Assembly (NCBI RefSeq): GCF_000091665.1
Contig: NC_000909.1
Coordinates: forward strand, 1,342,117 to 1,374,116
Reading direction: 5' to 3'
From: Methanocaldococcus jannaschii DSM 2661
Lineage (GTDB): Archaea > AGJL01 > Methanococci > Methanococcales > Methanocaldococcaceae
Length of the DNA stretch: 32,000 bases
Under the pieces are notes generated by a model. It had not been told where the DNA came from and made no database searches. It saw only the letters and a program-made list of their open reading frames with translations. The first letter of the stretch is position 1; each line of letters begins with the position of its first letter. Below are positions 26,761-32,000 of this stretch, piece by piece. The position numbers and the translations under genes were made by a program.

Positions 26761-27813
26761 ATGAGTAGAGAAGCTAATCCATTCAAAAAAATGCCAACAA
26801 TATTGATGCCTGATGAATTGATGGCTAAAGCCTTAAGAAGAGGAGAAAAAGTAGCAAATGAGATGAGACAGAAAGAATTACCTTGGTTACTAAAAGCGAG
26901 GTTTGTGGAGGAGCATAAGGTAAGAACTATTGCTTCAGTTGTTGCAGATAACTTACAAAAGGTTATAGATAAAACGCCTCCAGTAAGAAAACTTCCTAAG
27001 TTTTATCAGGAGATGGTTGAGGTCTTGGTAGGGATAGATGATTTTAAAAAGTCGATGGGAGCATTTAAATGGGCTTCTGAATTGGTCAGAAAATTAGGAA
27101 ATGAATATGCAAGAAAAATTAGAAAGGCAAGAACTCCACAACAGGCAGGAAAGTTAAGAAAGGAATTTGTTGGTAGAGTTAAATCTATATTGGAGCAGAT
27201 TCATCCAGAGATGGCATTTGTTGCAGTGGCAAGAGAGAAATTAAAAGATTTACCAACATTTAAGGATTTGCCAACAGTAGTTATAGCTGGTTATCCAAAC
27301 GTTGGTAAATCAACACTATTGAAAAAACTCACTGGAGCTGATGTTGAAATAAACAGCTATCCCTTCACAACTAAGGGAATAAATGTTGGTTATATAGGAG
27401 AGATTCAGATGGTCGATACTCCTGGACTGTTGGATAGGCCTCTGTATGAGAGGAATGATATTGAGTTACAGGCAATTTTAGCTCTAAATTATTTAGCTAA
27501 TTTGATTTTATTTATAATAGATGCCAGTGAATTTTGTGGTTATACAATAGAAGAGCAAATAAATCTATTAAAAGAGATAAAAGATTTGTTTAAAGCTCCT
27601 ATTGTTGTGGCTATAAATAAAATTGATTTGGTAGATGAGGAGAGAGTTAAAGAGATTGAAGAAAAATTAAAAGAGGTTGGAATAGAAGAAATATTAAAAA
27701 TCTCTGCTGATAAAGATATTGGATTGGATGAGTTAAAAGAAAGGCTTAAAAAAATTGCTATAAAAGAATTTTTAAAGGATAAAGATGCGGAAAATAAAGA
27801 ATTGGAATGTTAA
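26761..27813 (+). CDS. Nog1-like OBG-family GTPase
   Basis: G1 GYPNVGKS, G3 DTPG, G4 NKID, N-terminal Nog1-type helical region. ATG 26761 follows GGTGAT. Confidence 0.9.
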   Translation: MSREANPFKKMPTILMPDELMAKALRRGEKVANEMRQKELPWLLKARFVEEHKVRTIASVVADNLQKVIDKTPPVRKLPKFYQEMVEVLVGIDDFKKSMGAFKWASELVRKLGNEYARKIRKARTPQQAGKLRKEFVGRVKSILEQIHPEMAFVAVAREKLKDLPTFKDLPTVVIAGYPNVGKSTLLKKLTGADVEINSYPFTTKGINVGYIGEIQMVDTPGLLDRPLYERNDIELQAILALNYLANLILFIIDASEFCGYTIEEQINLLKEIKDLFKAPIVVAINKIDLVDEERVKEIEEKLKEVGIEEILKISADKDIGLDELKERLKKIAIKEFLKDKDAENKELEC

Positions 27814-27814
27814 A

Positions 27815-28621
27815 TTATTCATTCTCAATTTCATTTATTAAGTTTAAAGAGTCTATATCTCCATATTTATTGGCAATATCTTTAATTTTTTCAAGAACTT
27901 TTGGTTTTTTGTTGGTTAGTTTTTTTAATTCTCTGCAGTATTTTATTATATCTTTATAACCTACTTCTAAGAATCTGCTTTTGAATCTTGAAAGTTCATA
28001 AGCTAAAAGTCCTCTTAAGACATCATCGTTTGAGAATAAAAAGACAGGATGAATCCAGATTATTATTCTTTCGTCATCTTTTTCTACAAAATTTTCTATT
28101 TTATTCACATCCATAAATACATCAATATAGACAGAAATTTCTTCTTCAACTTCAACATCTTCCAACAGCTCTTCAAGAATCTCGTTCATCTTTGTGTCAA
28201 ACTCTATAATTTTTTCATCTAATTCATCATCTTCTAACTCCATCCATTTTAATACTCTCTCTTTAAACTCTATGGTTGTATTATTTGATGGGTAGATTAT
28301 TGAGTATTCATTTGCTTCAAACTTATATTCCTTACTTACCCTTGAAGATAAGTTAATTATCATTAAACCCTCATCTAAGTTCTTTAAATTTATACTTTTT
28401 AATTTGTATTTTCTCATCTCTACATCAAAATCTTTTAAATTTTCAAAGTCATCTAAGTTTCTAATATATGCCTTCTCTCCGTTTTTTCCTTTTAGATAGA
28501 ATCCTTTAAATTCAATATCTGCTAAATCTCCTCTAATTATATCCTTTGAAAATTCATCTAAGTTTCTGTAAATATCTAATAAAATTTTTTGAGCTAATTC
28601 TTTTGCTTTCATTGTTTCCAC
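27815..28621 (-). CDS. Conserved hypothetical protein; possible degenerate zincin-like fold
   Basis: Intact 268-aa ORF. RGLLAYELSRFKSR lies where an HExxH helix might be. Confidence 0.75.
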   Translation of the reverse strand: METMKAKELAQKILLDIYRNLDEFSKDIIRGDLADIEFKGFYLKGKNGEKAYIRNLDDFENLKDFDVEMRKYKLKSINLKNLDEGLMIINLSSRVSKEYKFEANEYSIIYPSNNTTIEFKERVLKWMELEDDELDEKIIEFDTKMNEILEELLEDVEVEEEISVYIDVFMDVNKIENFVEKDDERIIIWIHPVFLFSNDDVLRGLLAYELSRFKSRFLEVGYKDIIKYCRELKKLTNKKPKVLEKIKDIANKYGDIDSLNLINEIENE

Positions 28622-28709
28622 CTATTAAAAATTCAGATTATAATTAATAGTAAAATTTAATTTTGGATAAATATAAATTTTAGTATTATGTAGTTACTCT
28701 TGATAATTA

Positions 28710-29189
28710 TTATCCACCCTCTCTCAAATACCATCCCTTATCTTTTATATTCTTAATTATCTTTCCGTCAAAGAGTCCAATACCTAAAAACTCTCTATTT
28801 TTATTAAAAACAGCAATTCTTCCAAAACCTTTAACTTCTATTATTGATTCTTTAAAGATATCCCTTCCATATAAAAATAATGCTTCAGCTTTTTCATTTA
28901 CAATTGCATAATTATTTATTATATTGGGAGATATTAATGTAAAGCCCTCTAAGGATAAGCGAAATTTTCTCTTAATCTCACCAAATACATTACCTACTGA
29001 AAATATGTCTTGAAACATATTTAATTTTTTTATTGTTTCTATATTTGTATAACAAACTGTTAGCCATTTTCCTTCCAAAACTATTAGATTTTCATATTTA
29101 AAGCTTTTGACAAAATCCTTATCAGTATATTTACTTAACTCTTCCTCAATTAAATTAATTTCAGCATTTTTTAATTTTCTTACTTTCAT
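28710..29189 (-). CDS. PUA-domain protein (Nip7-like architecture)
   Basis: C-terminal [44 protein letters not shown]. Confidence 0.75.
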
Positions 29190-29390
29190 AGTTTCACTAA
29201 AGGAGAAGTTAATTTCCTTAGCATCTATATGTATTATTTAATATATAAATTGTGAAAGCTCTATTAAAAAATAAACTAATATAAATATTTAGATTTACAA
29301 TATCAACATTTTAATAAAAAGAGATTTCCACTTGTTTTGAACCCTTTGAGAGGTTTAATTCTAATAACAGACAATATTGGATTTATAAAA

Positions 29391-29420
29391 GTTTCCATTC
29401 CGAATCGGTCTGATTTTAAT
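29391..29420 (-). repeat. Solitary CRISPR-type repeat
   Basis: Minus strand ATTAAAATCAGACCGATTCGGAATGGAAAC, matching from memory the Methanocaldococcus repeat family ending GGAATGGAAAC. No second clear copy adjacent. Confidence 0.7.
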
Positions 29421-29603
29421 CTAAATAATCAAATTAACAAACCCTTAGAAATTAAATAAAAATCCTTTGAACTAATTAATAAATTCTAAATGCTCTTATT
29501 TTCAAATTTCAAACATATTCAACAAGACAATCCATCAACCAAACAACAAAATTAAAAATCCTAAAAATCTTAATAATTATAAGCACACATAATATATAAA
29601 CAT

Positions 29604-29626
29604 TAAATGTTTGTTAAAAACATTTA
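29604..29626. promoter_or_regulatory. Palindromic operator-like site TAAATGTTT-gttaa-AAACATTTA
   Basis: Perfect 9-bp arms, 5-nt spacer, directly 3' of TATA-like aatatataaa (29591-29600), upstream of the CDS at 29685. Confidence 0.6.
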
Positions 29627-29684
29627 AAATGAAAGAGGCACAAATTATAAATTAGTTACAACATTCTTTTTATTTGGTGGAATC

Positions 29685-31076
29685 ATGTTCATAGATGGGA
29701 AGTGGATAAATAGGGAAGATATGGATGTTATTAACCCATATTCATTAGAAGTTATTAAAAAAATCCCTGCGTTAAGTAGGGAAGAAGCTAAAGAAGCTAT
29801 AGATACGGCTGAAAAGTATAAAGAAGTTATGAAAAATCTCCCCATAACTAAAAGATACAACATCTTAATGAATATTGCCAAACAAATTAAAGAAAAGAAG
29901 GAAGAACTTGCCAAAATATTGGCTATAGATGCAGGAAAACCAATAAAACAGGCAAGAGTAGAGGTTGAAAGAAGTATTGGAACATTTAAATTAGCTGCTT
30001 TCTATGTTAAAGAGCATAGAGATGAGGTAATCCCTTCAGATGATAGATTAATTTTTACAAGGAGAGAACCAGTTGGAATAGTTGGGGCTATAACACCCTT
30101 CAATTTCCCTCTAAATTTATCAGCTCATAAAATAGCCCCAGCTATAGCCACTGGGAATGTTATAGTTCATCATCCATCATCAAAAGCTCCTCTTGTTTGT
30201 ATAGAGTTGGCTAAAATCATAGAAAATGCTTTGAAGAAATATAATGTTCCACTGGGAGTTTATAATTTGCTAACTGGAGCTGGAGAGGTTGTAGGAGATG
30301 AGATAGTTGTTAATGAGAAGGTTAATATGATATCCTTCACAGGCAGTTCAAAGGTTGGAGAATTAATTACTAAAAAAGCTGGCTTTAAAAAAATTGCCTT
30401 GGAATTGGGAGGGGTTAATCCAAATATCGTTTTAAAAGATGCTGATTTAAATAAAGCAGTTAATGCATTAATAAAAGGCAGTTTTATATATGCTGGACAG
30501 GTTTGCATCTCTGTAGGGATGATTTTAGTTGATGAGAGTATAGCAGATAAGTTCATAGAGATGTTTGTAAATAAGGCAAAAGTACTTAACGTAGGAAACC
30601 CATTAGATGAGAAAACTGATGTAGGACCTTTAATAAGTGTTGAACATGCAGAATGGGTTGAAAAAGTTGTAGAAAAAGCTATAGATGAAGGAGGTAAGTT
30701 ATTATTAGGAGGAAAGAGAGATAAAGCTCTATTCTATCCAACAATATTGGAAGTTGATAGAGACAATATTTTATGCAAAACTGAAACATTTGCCCCAGTA
30801 ATTCCTATAATTAGAACTAATGAGGAAGAGATGATTGATATAGCCAACAGCACTGAATATGGGTTGCATTCAGCTATATTCACAAACGATATAAATAAAT
30901 CCTTAAAATTTGCTGAAAACTTGGAGTTTGGGGGAGTAGTTATAAATGATTCATCATTGTTTAGGCAGGATAATATGCCATTTGGAGGAGTTAAGAAGAG
31001 TGGCTTAGGTAGGGAAGGAGTTAAATATGCAATGGAAGAGATGAGCAATATAAAGACAATAATAATCTCAAAATAA
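29685..31076 (+). CDS. NAD(P)-dependent aldehyde dehydrogenase; probable lactaldehyde dehydrogenase
   Basis: GITPFNFPL, ELGGVNPNIV, GQVCIS catalytic Cys, ETFAPVIP. Whole-protein match to the methanogen lactaldehyde dehydrogenase from memory. Confidence 0.88.
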   Translation: MFIDGKWINREDMDVINPYSLEVIKKIPALSREEAKEAIDTAEKYKEVMKNLPITKRYNILMNIAKQIKEKKEELAKILAIDAGKPIKQARVEVERSIGTFKLAAFYVKEHRDEVIPSDDRLIFTRREPVGIVGAITPFNFPLNLSAHKIAPAIATGNVIVHHPSSKAPLVCIELAKIIENALKKYNVPLGVYNLLTGAGEVVGDEIVVNEKVNMISFTGSSKVGELITKKAGFKKIALELGGVNPNIVLKDADLNKAVNALIKGSFIYAGQVCISVGMILVDESIADKFIEMFVNKAKVLNVGNPLDEKTDVGPLISVEHAEWVEKVVEKAIDEGGKLLLGGKRDKALFYPTILEVDRDNILCKTETFAPVIPIIRTNEEEMIDIANSTEYGLHSAIFTNDINKSLKFAENLEFGGVVINDSSLFRQDNMPFGGVKKSGLGREGVKYAMEEMSNIKTIIISK

Positions 31077-31088
31077 TCTGGTGAAACT

Positions 31089-32000
31089 ATGGCTAAGGTA
31101 ATTGTAAATGGAAAGGAAAAGGTTGGAGAAACTTTAAGAGAGGTTATAAAGGATGAATACTATAATGAGGGAGCGAATATCGTAATAATAAAAGGAGTTA
31201 AAAGAGAAGCTGAAAAAATACCAAAGAAGTTTTTAATTAAAACAACTAAGGGGAATATAACAATAGCAATAACTGAAAATAATGAGACAGCAAAATTCTT
31301 TATAAATAATTATAAAGACTTTGTAAAGAAGCTCAGATGGGTTAGTGGAATGGATGTAGCATTTGGTTCAACGACAATTGACTTAGAAATCTCAACAGAA
31401 CCAAAAGAGTTTAAAAAATGGGATGTTGTTTTGAGTATATCTGGTTTAGATAAAGATGAGGGGCATATTGTATTCATAAAGAAAAAAACTGAGGGAGTTT
31501 ATGGATTAAAAGACCCAAAGATTGGTATTGTTGTTGGAGGTAAGTGGGTTATTGATAGATTGGAGGTTGGAGATAAAATTATTGACATAGAGCCAATTAG
31601 AGAGGAGAAAGAGGCAGTTGATTACTTAGTAACAACTGATTTAGATTTAAAATTAGAAGATGGCTGGAGAATCTTTACTTATTTCACAGCTGAGTTTGAT
31701 GGAACTCCTTCAGCAGTAGAGCATTGTTTAGCTTTAATGGAGGATGGAATATTTGAGATAACTGAAAACACAAATACTTACGTTGCTGATTGCAGACTGC
31801 AGACATTAAAAATTGAGGAAGGAAATTTAATTGATAGGGAGAGAGGATTTATAACTGTCAGAAACTATGGAGTTGGAGAAGGTAAAGTTTATATCTACAG
31901 AGAAAGTAGGAGTTCATCTTTATCTCACACAGTTGTTGGAAGGGTTAAGGAAGGAATAGAGCTTATTGACTTTTCTGATTCTGGAGTTTTGTCTGTAAAA
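31089..32000 (+). CDS. Methanogenesis marker protein 3 (UPF0288-like), 3' partial
   Basis: Open frame from ATG 31089 (GGTGA upstream) to the window end: [28 protein letters not shown]...[20 protein letters not shown]...[20 protein letters not shown]. Absent from the ORF track because it runs off the edge. Confidence 0.85.

Noticed and set aside
29323-29420. Functional CRISPR array
   Set aside because: Only one clear repeat copy, no regular repeat-spacer pattern and no cas genes in the window; reported only as a solitary repeat.
29645-31048. Minus-strand ORFs opposite the aldehyde dehydrogenase (29645, 30260, 30734)
   Set aside because: Antisense shadows of a conserved enzyme.

Overview
AT-rich archaeal chromosome segment that I recognise, from memory and protein content, as Methanocaldococcus jannaschii or a very close relative (about MJ1393 to MJ1412; not verified). 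The left half is a cluster of secreted or surface proteins. It holds a partial adhesin-like CDS, a 987-aa paralog sharing a 499-bp identical block, a split gene with a canonical A_AAA_AAC slippery heptamer at the break, and a 2894-aa protein with two lectin-like domains and beta-helix repeats. It continues with a membrane protein ending in a PIN-like domain and a membrane-anchored double winged-helix protein. The right half holds a P-loop kinase-like protein, a class III signal peptide protein, a Ski2-like helicase with an N-terminal Cys cluster, two type IV pilin-like genes, a CBS + HPF/RaiA-like fusion, an acylphosphatase-like gene with an apparent frameshift, PyrI, a DUF126 protein, a Nog1-like GTPase, a PUA protein, an aldehyde dehydrogenase and methanogenesis marker 3 (partial). 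The most interesting non-coding signals are a multi-hairpin element of about 51% G+C (26111-26260) inserted between two copies of a gene start, and a covarying 19-nt hairpin in the leaders of both pilin genes. Others are a degenerate transposase remnant (about 20690-20954), a solitary CRISPR-type repeat (29391-29420) and a 9-bp-arm palindrome next to the TATA of the aldehyde dehydrogenase gene.
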